From: a virus | Lineage: Duplodnaviria > Caudoviricetes | IMG/VR virus record: IMGVR_UViG_3300048838_000933 | Coordinates: 1-61,469 of that record | Strand: one strand, 5' to 3' | DNA: 61,469 nt | In this document: positions 6,853-14,848 of the stretch, one piece after another | Numbering within the stretch: position 1 is the stretch's first letter | How the letters are laid out: each line of letters begins with the position of its first letter | Program-made: the position numbers and the translations under genes | The notes under the pieces: generated by a model | Databases searched by the model: none | Told to the model about the DNA's origin: nothing | The model's input: the letters and a program-made list of their open reading frames with translations, nothing else

Positions 6853-8774
6853 CATACGAATGGGCCTCATGGCAGCTTCCGGCGCTGCTCGCCGACCCGG
6901 TCGTCGCTCCGAAGGTCATCGTCGTTCCCGGGCACGAGACGCGCGGTCGTCCGCCGTCGCAGTTCTCGTTCTTCCCGTCCGGCATCCTCGAGCACCACAC
7001 GGCGTGCATGTGCCGCATCGGCCACGACCCGCAGTCGTGCATCGACGTCATCGTCAGCGGCCACGGAACCACGCCCGGCCCGATCTCACAGCTCCTCGGC
7101 ACGTTCACGCGTCCCGGCACGAAGTGGACGGGCTCGAACGCAGACCCCCACATCGTGGTGATCGCTGATGGTCGCGCGAACCACGCCGGCTCGGGCGAAT
7201 ACTCCTGGGGGGCCCCTTCGGGCAACGGCTCGTCGATCGGCGTCGAATGGTGTATTGAGGCAGGCACTCCAGTCGTCACCCGTCGCGGTCTCGTTCCGAT
7301 CGAAGACGTCAAGATCGGCGATCTGGTATGGACTCACCGAGGCCGATGGCGCCCAGTCTCGGCGGTACATGACCGCGGTGAGCGCGACACTGTCACCATC
7401 AAGGCGGTCGGAGCGCGGCCTGTCTCGACCCCGGAGCACGAGTGGTGGACCGGCAGGGACTTCGTTCGCGCCGACCGCCTTGGTCCCGACGACGCGCTCG
7501 TGTCTCCCGCCGTCACTGATGCGGCCGTCCCTGATCTGGACGGGTTCACCGTCACTCCCGAATTGCTCCGCTTCATCGGCGCCTATGTCGCCGACGGGTG
7601 TACGTCGATCATCGACCGACCCCGCAAACCGGGCCATCTCCGAAAGGACCATCGACTCATCGTTTACCCGCGGGCAGAGAAGGCTGAGGTGGTCGCCGGG
7701 TGGGCGCGAGCCGCCGGACTCAACATCCGCAACGAACATTCTCACGCCGACACAGCACGTCGCCTCACAGTCGAATCAAAGGCCCTCGTTGAGTTCGTCG
7801 ACTACCACTTCGGTAGCCGGGCCCTGAACAAGACTCTCCCCTCCTGGTTGCTCGCGAACGCCGACAAGTACGGAGAAGCGTTCCTCCACGGCTATCTCCA
7901 CGGCGACGGCCACTGGGACGAAGAACGCTCCGCGTGGCAGGTGGCAACATCCTCGCGTTGCCTCCATGTCGGTGTGGCGATGCTGGCTCGCTCTCTCGGC
8001 TGGACGGCCATCACTGCCAGCCGCCACATTGAGGGAGAGAAGATCATTCACGGAAGGATCACGCGCGGTAACGCCGACCGCTGGACGCAACGTCTCTACG
8101 CCCGCCCGGTGCGGCGCTGGTCCAGCAGTCAGCGCCGCGACAGTGACGCCACCCTGGCCCCGTTTCGTACCACCGAAGCGGCCGGTCTACGGCACGTCTA
8201 CGACATCACCGTCGACGACGACCACAGCTTCGTCGCAGACGGGTTCCTGACCCACAACTGCGGGCCTGTGGACGATTGGCCCGATGAGGTCATCGATTTT
8301 CGCGCCCACGTCACCGCAGCACTGCTGCGCAACCGGCGCTGGAACGTCGGCAATGTCGATACCCACTACAGCTATGCCCGCCCGATCGGCCGCAAGATCG
8401 ACCCGTCCGGCGCGTGGGCGGGGGAGCCCACCTTGGGACTCACTCAGCCGTGGGCGCGCAACACCTGGCGCAGTCAGGTTGATCGCGTTCTGAACGCCCC
8501 CGCACCGCCACCCCCATCACCCGACCCCGAACCACCGATCACCCCCAAGGAGATACCCGACATGCTGTTCATCGCCAAGCCAACATTCCCCGGCGCCACC
8601 ACATCCGACCCGTGGATCGTCTACTACGAGAACCCCGGCAACGCACCCAGGGCCGAGCGGGCAACGAACGCCCACGTCAAGGCCGCGGCCGTCCTCGGCG
8701 TGCCGGTCGTAGACCAGGACTCACGGGAGCAGTACCTCAACGCCCTCTCCACTTACGGCATCCCGCTCACCTGA
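6849..8774 (+). CDS. Endolysin, N-acetylmuramoyl-L-alanine amidase (Amidase_2), intein-containing
   Basis: HHTA, ANHAG, GNxxSIGVE, H...RKIDP Zn-amidase motifs; Pro-rich linker; next to holin. Confidence 0.92.
   Translation: MTYEWASWQLPALLADPVVAPKVIVVPGHETRGRPPSQFSFFPSGILEHHTACMCRIGHDPQSCIDVIVSGHGTTPGPISQLLGTFTRPGTKWTGSNADPHIVVIADGRANHAGSGEYSWGAPSGNGSSIGVEWCIEAGTPVVTRRGLVPIEDVKIGDLVWTHRGRWRPVSAVHDRGERDTVTIKAVGARPVSTPEHEWWTGRDFVRADRLGPDDALVSPAVTDAAVPDLDGFTVTPELLRFIGAYVADGCTSIIDRPRKPGHLRKDHRLIVYPRAEKAEVVAGWARAAGLNIRNEHSHADTARRLTVESKALVEFVDYHFGSRALNKTLPSWLLANADKYGEAFLHGYLHGDGHWDEERSAWQVATSSRCLHVGVAMLARSLGWTAITASRHIEGEKIIHGRITRGNADRWTQRLYARPVRRWSSSQRRDSDATLAPFRTTEAAGLRHVYDITVDDDHSFVADGFLTHNCGPVDDWPDEVIDFRAHVTAALLRNRRWNVGNVDTHYSYARPIGRKIDPSGAWAGEPTLGLTQPWARNTWRSQVDRVLNAPAPPPPSPDPEPPITPKEIPDMLFIAKPTFPGATTSDPWIVYYENPGNAPRAERATNAHVKAAAVLGVPVVDQDSREQYLNALSTYGIPLT
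7251..8258 (+). mobile_element. Class-1 intein with LAGLIDADG homing endonuclease (336 aa)
   Basis: CIEAGTPV...TPEHEW...VYDITVDDDHSFVADGFLTHN/C; FIGAYVADG and FLHGYLHGDG. Confidence 0.95.
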
Positions 8775-8799
8775 TTCGTGGACGCAGGGTCGTCGGCGT

Positions 8800-8812
8800 G
8801 TCATGATATGAC
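8800..8812. promoter_or_regulatory. Operator over -10 of leaderless promoter
   Basis: GTCATGATATGAC = reverse complement of 724-736; ATG at 8814. Confidence 0.7.
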
Positions 8813-8813
8813 G

Positions 8814-9674
8814 ATGACCCACATCCTGCACCACGCCCACTGCCCGGACGGGCATGGCTCCGCGTACGTCGCCCAGAAGTTCCTGCCCGGCGCCCGCATC
8901 ATCCCCGTCTCGTACGGCGACCCGATCCCCGACAGCGTCGACGGCGAGGTCGTCTTCGTGCTCGACTTCTGCTTCCCGCCCGACCAGCTCCGCGAACTGG
9001 TCGGCCGCGCCGGCGCGGTCCGCATCCTCGACCACCACCACACCGCCGTCGGCTATCTGTCAGAGGTCGAAGACATCATCGACGTGTACACCGACCTGGA
9101 CGACATGCCCGCCGTGCTGTCGGACGCATGGGCGGTCATCGACCAGACCCACTCCGGGGTCGGGCTCGCCCAGCGATGGTTCGGGTTCGACCGCAAATGG
9201 TTGAACAACATCGAGGACCGCGACCTGTGGCGCTTCCACCTCGAGCACACATCCGACATCTTCGCCGCCGTCACCAGCCGCCCGTACACGATCGAAGCGT
9301 GGGACGAGATCGACGCCACCCCCTACGGCGAACTGGTGGCCGAAGGCCGGGCGATCAACCGCTACCGGGACCAGTTGATCGAATCGGCCGTGAAGGACTC
9401 GTGGGTCGTCGACATTCCCGGCATCGGCCCGACCCCGGTCACCCCGTGCCCGTACTCGGTCGGCTCGGACGTCGCCGGTGAACTCGCCAAGAACCACCCG
9501 GGCGGGATTGGGGCCTACTTCATGGTGAAGCAGGACACGGTGCGTTTCGGGTTGCGGGCCCGCAACGGCGGCCCGAACGTCGCTGATCTCGCCAAGGAGC
9601 TGTTCGGCGGCGGCGGCCATCCTGGCGCTTCCGGGTTTGAGGTCTCACGCGAGGAGTTCAACTCGTGGCACTGA
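8814..9674 (+). CDS. DHH/DHHA1 phosphoesterase
   Basis: HCPDG, LDF, LDHH, EDRDLW, GGGGH motifs. Confidence 0.9.
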   Translation: MTHILHHAHCPDGHGSAYVAQKFLPGARIIPVSYGDPIPDSVDGEVVFVLDFCFPPDQLRELVGRAGAVRILDHHHTAVGYLSEVEDIIDVYTDLDDMPAVLSDAWAVIDQTHSGVGLAQRWFGFDRKWLNNIEDRDLWRFHLEHTSDIFAAVTSRPYTIEAWDEIDATPYGELVAEGRAINRYRDQLIESAVKDSWVVDIPGIGPTPVTPCPYSVGSDVAGELAKNHPGGIGAYFMVKQDTVRFGLRARNGGPNVADLAKELFGGGGHPGASGFEVSREEFNSWH

Positions 9675-9940
9675 TCCCGAAGGACGCTCCTATCATCCAG
9701 CTCGTCACCCCCGGCTGCTGGATGGCTGTGGATCGAGCCATCCACGACGTCGACACCGACCGGTTCCACCAGCGCATCTCTGGCGCCTGCCCGTTGTGCC
9801 TCACCATGGGCGAGAAGCTGGCCCGAGCGTTCCGAGACAACGTGCCGGGCTCGGACATCGCCCGTCAGGCCAAGGAGCGCATCGCGGCCCTCATGGACGC
9901 CCAAGACGACGCAGACCGACAAGGAAGTGAGGGGTCGTGA
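9665..9940 (+). CDS. Hypothetical protein
   Basis: GAGGAG RBS, coupled. Confidence 0.6.
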   Translation: MALIPKDAPIIQLVTPGCWMAVDRAIHDVDTDRFHQRISGACPLCLTMGEKLARAFRDNVPGSDIARQAKERIAALMDAQDDADRQGSEGS

Positions 9941-10353
9941 GCGTCATCCCCAACGTCCACTACGCCGTGCCGGGTGTTGACCAGAACACGTTCGCTGACT
10001 CACTGCACGGAGGCAACTGCCTCCAAGCGGCCGTGGCGACGATCCTTCGGGAGCCACTTGACGGCGTACCCAACTTCTATCTGTTCGGCCCCCTGTGGGT
10101 GGAAGCACTCAACTTGTATCTCGGCATATGGGCATTGTCTATTCAGCGAGATACTGACGAGTCGGGTCTGACGATCGCTGTTGGTCAGTCCGAGCGGGGA
10201 GTCAAACACTGCGTGGTGTGTGTCGATGGCGAAATGGTGCACGATCCGCACCCGAGCCGTGCGGGGCTGACCTCGATCGACTACTACCTCGGTCTGGCGG
10301 GCCACGACCTACCTTACGACGGCCGCGCCAACCCGAAGGTAAACGATGGCTGA
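9937..10353 (+). CDS. Hypothetical protein, possible papain-like fold
   Basis: GNCLQAAVA...HCVV...HDP Cys/His/Asp spacing. Confidence 0.6.
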   Translation: MSVIPNVHYAVPGVDQNTFADSLHGGNCLQAAVATILREPLDGVPNFYLFGPLWVEALNLYLGIWALSIQRDTDESGLTIAVGQSERGVKHCVVCVDGEMVHDPHPSRAGLTSIDYYLGLAGHDLPYDGRANPKVNDG

Positions 10354-11149
10354 ATGGGAGCTGCCGGATTCGATCTCGCCGTCGCGGATGTCGCTGTGGG
10401 CTCAATGCCCGCTCAAGTTTCGCGTGGAGTCGATGCAGAAGCTGCGGGGCGGAACGAACGCCGCGGCCGTCGCTGGCACCACCGCCCACCTCGCGCTGGA
10501 GTGGCTGATGCAGCTCGACGGGCCGGAGCGCACGCCCGAGATTCTGATCGACGAGTTGATCCCGAAGGCACTCGCGGAGATTCGCGAGACCGACGACTAC
10601 CAGTCACTCACCGAGGAGCAGCTCAAGGGCTTCGACGCGAAGGTGAAGCGGGTGACGCCGCGGGCGTTCGACATGCTGGACCTGCCCGGTCTCAAAGTCC
10701 GGTCGCCGGAAATGCGCCTCGAGGTCGACCTGGACGGATGGACGTTGCGGGGCATCATCGACCTGCTCGTCGGGAGCCCGGAGCGCCTCGGGGTGATCGA
10801 CTGGAAGTCCGGGAAGACGCCGTCGAAGCAGTACCAGGGCAAGGCTGCCGAAGGCATCTTCTTCTACGCCCTGATGATCCTGCTGCACCTCGACGTGATC
10901 CCGACCAAGATCGCGCTGGCCTACCTGGACTCGCGGACGACGATTGCGTTCCGACCAACGGCCCGCTCGGTGGACCAAACCAGGACGAAGGTGCTGCGGG
11001 TGCGTGACGAGATCGCCGAGGCGTGCAACACCGGCCACTTCGCCACGAAGACGTCCCGGTTGTGCGATTGGTGCCACCTGAAAGACGCGTGTCCGGCCCA
11101 CGGCGGCTCGGAAGATGACATTGCCGCCCTCGTTGCCGTACGTTCATAG
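10346..11149 (+). CDS. PD-(D/E)XK RecB/Cas4-like exonuclease with Fe-S Cys motif
   Basis: ISPS...CP, GIID, IDWKSG, CDWC...CP. Confidence 0.9.
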   Translation: MAEWELPDSISPSRMSLWAQCPLKFRVESMQKLRGGTNAAAVAGTTAHLALEWLMQLDGPERTPEILIDELIPKALAEIRETDDYQSLTEEQLKGFDAKVKRVTPRAFDMLDLPGLKVRSPEMRLEVDLDGWTLRGIIDLLVGSPERLGVIDWKSGKTPSKQYQGKAAEGIFFYALMILLHLDVIPTKIALAYLDSRTTIAFRPTARSVDQTRTKVLRVRDEIAEACNTGHFATKTSRLCDWCHLKDACPAHGGSEDDIAALVAVRS

Positions 11150-11150
11150 C

Positions 11151-11324
11151 ATGACTTCGCATCCCCGCCACGACCGCGACCGACGCGTCGGCCAGGCCTA
11201 CTCCGTGTACCTGCACTTCGAGGAGAAGGACGCGCTCGACGCCGAAGCCGAACGGCGCGGCGTCACCGTCAACGCCCTTGTCCGTGAAGCGCTCAGGGAG
11301 AAGCTGGGTCTACCGGCGGCGTGA
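11151..11324 (+). CDS. Ribbon-helix-helix protein
   Basis: YSVYLHFEEKDALDAEAERRGVTVNALVREAL; TACGTT-6bp-ATG. Confidence 0.75.
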   Translation: MTSHPRHDRDRRVGQAYSVYLHFEEKDALDAEAERRGVTVNALVREALREKLGLPAA

Positions 11325-11532
11325 TGCCGACGTCCAGCGCGCCTTCGTTGAGCTGAACCCCGTGCGTGCGCCCGCACTCGCACCGCCAGGAGCGGCCCAT
11401 GGTGGACTCGGTGATCTCGGCTTCGGAAGCACACAGGAAGCAGGCCATCGCCAACGCTGGAGCGGGGGTCTTCGGCCGAACTTTCTTCACCACGGGGGGC
11501 TTCAGTGCTGTCGGCTCCCACTCGCCGGTCAT
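11293..11532 (-). CDS. Zn-ribbon hypothetical protein
   Basis: MTGEWEP...CFLC...CECG; coupled to upstream minus gene. Confidence 0.55.
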   Translation of the reverse strand: MTGEWEPTALKPPVVKKVRPKTPAPALAMACFLCASEAEITESTMGRSWRCECGRTHGVQLNEGALDVGITPPVDPASP

Positions 11533-11810
11533 CGGTCGCCCGCCCGCTCGAATAGCAGCGGCCCGACCCTGGAGTAGTCGTGGATCACACTGCGAGTGAT
11601 CTCGAGGCGGGTCGGCATCGGATGGGTGGACTCCAGCGCCGCCCGATACGAGCCGTTCCATCGCCGCTCGACTTCTTCGGCCAGCTCCTCGTAGTCGTCG
11701 CCCCCGACCGCCCGCAGCTCTAGGGCCGCCTGCTCGGTTTCGGCCATCAGGCGCGCCAGCGACGGCGAGACAGCACCCGACGCGATGGCGTAACGCAGGT
11801 TCGCGCTCAT
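11529..11810 (-). CDS. Hypothetical helical protein
   Basis: ATGA-coupled in minus mini-operon. Confidence 0.6.
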   Translation of the reverse strand: MSANLRYAIASGAVSPSLARLMAETEQAALELRAVGGDDYEELAEEVERRWNGSYRAALESTHPMPTRLEITRSVIHDYSRVGPLLFERAGDR

Positions 11811-12046
11811 CGGTCACCCGCTGGCAGCGTGGCTTCGATCCCTGAGGTCCACATCCCGTCCGCTCCGGCCGGTGACGACTCGTTGAGGCGCTGGTCGATG
11901 ACGTCTTGGACTTCGGGCTGATCGAACAGCCACCGAAAGAACTCACCCCACTGCCCGTCGGGGAAGGTGGAGCGCACCCGGTGGAGTTTTCGGTGGCTCG
12001 AAGCGGTGGTTCTGAACGAGATTACATGTGTCAGCTCTCTGGGCAT
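11807..12046 (-). CDS. Hypothetical protein, possibly RHH-like
   Basis: MPRELTHVISFRT...; TTGAAA-18bp-TACCCT-6bp-ATG promoter. Confidence 0.6.
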   Translation of the reverse strand: MPRELTHVISFRTTASSHRKLHRVRSTFPDGQWGEFFRWLFDQPEVQDVIDQRLNESSPAGADGMWTSGIEATLPAGDR

Positions 12047-12139
12047 CAGAACAGGGTATACGCACTGTCTACATGATTTCAAGCCCGGAAAGGGAGAAGC
12101 CCCACCCTATTGACGGGCGGGGCTTCTGCGACCTACTGT
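12047..12139. promoter_or_regulatory. Divergent promoters; rightward -35 in a hairpin loop
   Basis: Plus TTGACG(12110)-18bp-TACTGT; stem AGAAGCCCCACCC/GGGCGGGGCTTCT 12095-12127. Confidence 0.65.
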
Positions 12140-12230
12140 GCTTCTCCGGAGCTGTCACGACCCAAACGAAAGAACCAAGCAGCGAGCCGCATGGTAGCTC
12201 GCTCCAACGCAAGAATCAAGGAGAGCGAGT

Positions 12231-12971
12231 ATGAGCGTCGAGAGAATCTCTCAGGTGCTGAACTGTTCAACGGGACTGACGTCCACGCAGAAGTTGATCC
12301 TCATCGGAATCGCCAACCACGACGGAGACGGCGGCGCCTGGCCTTCGATCGCCACACTGGCGCGCTACGCGGAGGCGTCTGAACGGACCGTCCAGAGGGC
12401 CATTGGCGACATGGTGGACGCTGGGGTTCTGGCTGTTGAAGTGCGGGGCGGGGGGACGCACCGGACTCGAAATGACCGGAGGCCGAACCGCTACGAAATA
12501 CATCTCGACGGGGTGACATCCACGGCAGACGCCCCAGGACGGGGTGACATCCAGGGATCGGACGGGGTGACATCCAGGGCCCCACGGGGTGACATAGCTG
12601 TGTCACCCGAACCATCCTATGAACCGTCCCATGAACCATCCGACGAAACGCTCGCTGGCGCTCGCTTGACGAAAGCCGACGCTTTCGCCGAATTTTGGTC
12701 GGCGTACATCGGCGCATACGGGTCAAAAGCATCCGGCTCAAAGGGGGCAGCCTTCAAGGCGTGGCAGAAGATGGCGAAGCGCGACATGGCGTTGGCGATG
12801 GAGGCGGTGGAGCGCCAATCGCGAGCGAGGACCGAGCAACACGCCGTACCGCACGCCTCGACCTGGCTCAACAACTGCCGCTGGCTCGACGACGAACTCC
12901 AGGTCCGTCCCGGACGAGGCCCCGATCGGACGCAATCCAACCCGTTCACCGAGAGAGGACTGTTCGGATGA
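12231..12971 (+). CDS. Replication initiator (N-terminal HTH_36, lambda O-like organisation)
   Basis: KLILIGIANH...AWPSIATLARY...ERTVQRAI; FAEFW and STWLN C-terminal motifs; internal iterons. Confidence 0.88.
   Translation: MSVERISQVLNCSTGLTSTQKLILIGIANHDGDGGAWPSIATLARYAEASERTVQRAIGDMVDAGVLAVEVRGGGTHRTRNDRRPNRYEIHLDGVTSTADAPGRGDIQGSDGVTSRAPRGDIAVSPEPSYEPSHEPSDETLAGARLTKADAFAEFWSAYIGAYGSKASGSKGAAFKAWQKMAKRDMALAMEAVERQSRARTEQHAVPHASTWLNNCRWLDDELQVRPGRGPDRTQSNPFTERGLFG
12507..12608. repeat. Iterons / replication origin
   Basis: GACGGGGTGACATCCA at 12507, 12538, 12561; ACGGGGTGACAT at 12584; inverted TGTCACCC at 12601. Confidence 0.85.
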
Positions 12972-13495
12972 CCCACCAGCAAGCAATCCAGGCCGTCCTC
13001 GCGTTCCTCTACGACGCCTACCCGAACACCCCGCCACCAGCCAACCCAGAGCAACGCGTGGCCGTCTGGGCCGAGTCGCTGTCCGGCTGTGACCCGGACC
13101 GCATCCTCGCCGCAGCGAAGTCGTGGGTCGCTCGCGGCAACCGCTTCATGCCGAATCTCGGCGAAATGCACGAGACCATGCGCGACATCACATACGGGGC
13201 GCTGCCGTCCGAAGCCGAAGCATGGGCAGCCTGCACGGCTTCATCCGTCCACCCTGAGGTCCACCCGATGCTCCGCAAGGTGCTCCAGCTCACAGGCGGG
13301 CGCAACTCGCTGGCCTGGATGAACGAGACCGACGCCCGGCGCTCGGTGCGCGGCGCGTACTTCCAGGCCCTGCGGCAGTTCCAGATCGACAGCGAGCCCG
13401 ACGAACTCCCGCAGCGCTCGCTCGAGGAACGTCGCGGAGGCCAGCCTCAGCCGATCGGGTTCACTGGCGCCATCACCGACGGGGGACAGCGATGA
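12968..13495 (+). CDS. Helicase loader/inhibitor, SPP1 G39P-like (copy 1)
   Basis: LYDAYP...VWAESL...FMPNLGEM...SEAEAW; follows initiator. Confidence 0.75.
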   Translation: MTHQQAIQAVLAFLYDAYPNTPPPANPEQRVAVWAESLSGCDPDRILAAAKSWVARGNRFMPNLGEMHETMRDITYGALPSEAEAWAACTASSVHPEVHPMLRKVLQLTGGRNSLAWMNETDARRSVRGAYFQALRQFQIDSEPDELPQRSLEERRGGQPQPIGFTGAITDGGQR

Positions 13496-14028
13496 CGCAC
13501 TCCGAAGCAGGGCAACTGATAGCGGTCCTGCACGGCGCGTACCCGGGCACCTACTTCGACGGCGCTGTCGCCGAAGTGTTCACGAACTCTCTGATGACCT
13601 CCGACTACGAACTGGCGAACACGGTCATCACCGAATGGGTGAACACCACCGACCGGTTCCCGACCGTCGCCGAAATCAACGGGGCGATGCGCCGCCATCG
13701 GGAACGCTCCAACGGTCAACGCGAACTGCCCCGCAGCCACTACGAGTCCGCCGACCGGGAACGGGCCGCCGAAGCGTTCTCTCGCGGCTACATCCGGGCC
13801 CGCACCGAAGCCGGTGACGACCTCGACGTCATCCAGCCGAAACTGGATCGCCTCCTGCAGCAGTGGAAGCTGAGCCCAGCCAGCGAAGCAGAGCCTCGCG
13901 AACGTACGGGTTCAGAGTCTCCGGCGGGCAGTCCATCAATGCGCCGGCCCGGGTATCTGCGAGCGAGTAGCGCGCCTCCAGTGGATCAACCGGCCTTTGA
14001 TGACTCGACCATTGACGAGCCTTGGTGA
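13492..14028 (+). CDS. Helicase loader/inhibitor, G39P-like (copy 2)
   Basis: MTHSEAGQLIAVLHGAYP...RFPTVAEI. Confidence 0.75.
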   Translation: MTHSEAGQLIAVLHGAYPGTYFDGAVAEVFTNSLMTSDYELANTVITEWVNTTDRFPTVAEINGAMRRHRERSNGQRELPRSHYESADRERAAEAFSRGYIRARTEAGDDLDVIQPKLDRLLQQWKLSPASEAEPRERTGSESPAGSPSMRRPGYLRASSAPPVDQPAFDDSTIDEPW

Positions 14029-14386
14029 GCGCCTCCGACTGTGTCGTCTCCGGTCCGATCTCGCCCGACTCCAGGGCTTCGACCAGCTTGCCTTGGGCGT
14101 ACGGCGCCAACGCGTAGAGGGCCTGCCACGGCAACGGGAGCTGCTGGACCTTCTCGGGCGGCAGCTCCCGGTAGGCGACGTGGATAGCGATCAACCGGCG
14201 GGCCTTGTCGTAGCCGAACGGCATCCGTTCCTCCACCCAGCGTTTGAACCCGGCCGGGTCCAATGCACGAGCCTCGGACAGCAGTTCACCGACTCGCAGA
14301 CACATCCGATCCAACGTCGAGTACACCTCGTCCTCGATCTCGGTGAGCCGTGACGTACTCTGTCGAAGGTGACTGACACTTCCCAT
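13829..14386 (-). CDS. DUF3102-like protein
   Basis: VGELLSEAR...GFKRWVEE...KARRLI...ALYALA; TAGCTT-7bp-ATG. Confidence 0.7.
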   Translation of the reverse strand: MGSVSHLRQSTSRLTEIEDEVYSTLDRMCLRVGELLSEARALDPAGFKRWVEERMPFGYDKARRLIAIHVAYRELPPEKVQQLPLPWQALYALAPYAQGKLVEALESGEIGPETTQSEALTKARQWSSHQRPVDPLEARYSLADTRAGALMDCPPETLNPYVREALLRWLGSASTAAGGDPVSAG

Positions 14387-14848
14387 CAGCCCGAAGCTAC
14401 ACAGATCGACTTCGCCGGGTATCGGGCCTGCCGCAACGAGCACTGCGACGAACTGGTCGTGCTCGAGGTCACGCAGCGCACCGGCGGACTCTGCACGACC
14501 TGCTTCCGAGGCGAACTGGGCAAGAACCTCGCCGAGATCGAAGTCCGCAACGCCGGACGCTCCCTGCGCATGTCGATGCCCGGCCGGACGCCGTCACGCG
14601 AGAAAGGCAACCGGTGGACACACATGGCCGGAACCAAGGCCCGGGCCCGCGCCGACAAGCGGCTCCGGCAGTTGTTCCGCGACCTCTACGACGTGATGCT
14701 CGCCGAAGAACGAGCCCGCCTCGGCCTGGAGCCATTCCCGTTGGAAACGGTCGTTCACGAACCGCCCGAGGCCGACGCATCCGAGACCATCGCATTCGCT
14801 CGTGTGTACGCTGCCCTCGACCAGCATGGAGTAGGCCTCGATGAGTAG
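14369..14848 (+). CDS. Zn-binding hypothetical protein
   Basis: CRNEHC...CTTC; overlaps portal start. Confidence 0.65.
   Translation: MTDTSHQPEATQIDFAGYRACRNEHCDELVVLEVTQRTGGLCTTCFRGELGKNLAEIEVRNAGRSLRMSMPGRTPSREKGNRWTHMAGTKARARADKRLRQLFRDLYDVMLAEERARLGLEPFPLETVVHEPPEADASETIAFARVYAALDQHGVGLDE

Noticed and set aside
10346-11149. Cas4 as part of a CRISPR system
   Set aside because: No other cas genes or array; stand-alone RecB-like nucleases are common in actinophages
12507-12608. Mini CRISPR array
   Set aside because: 16-nt repeats with 6-15 nt gaps inside the initiator gene fit iterons
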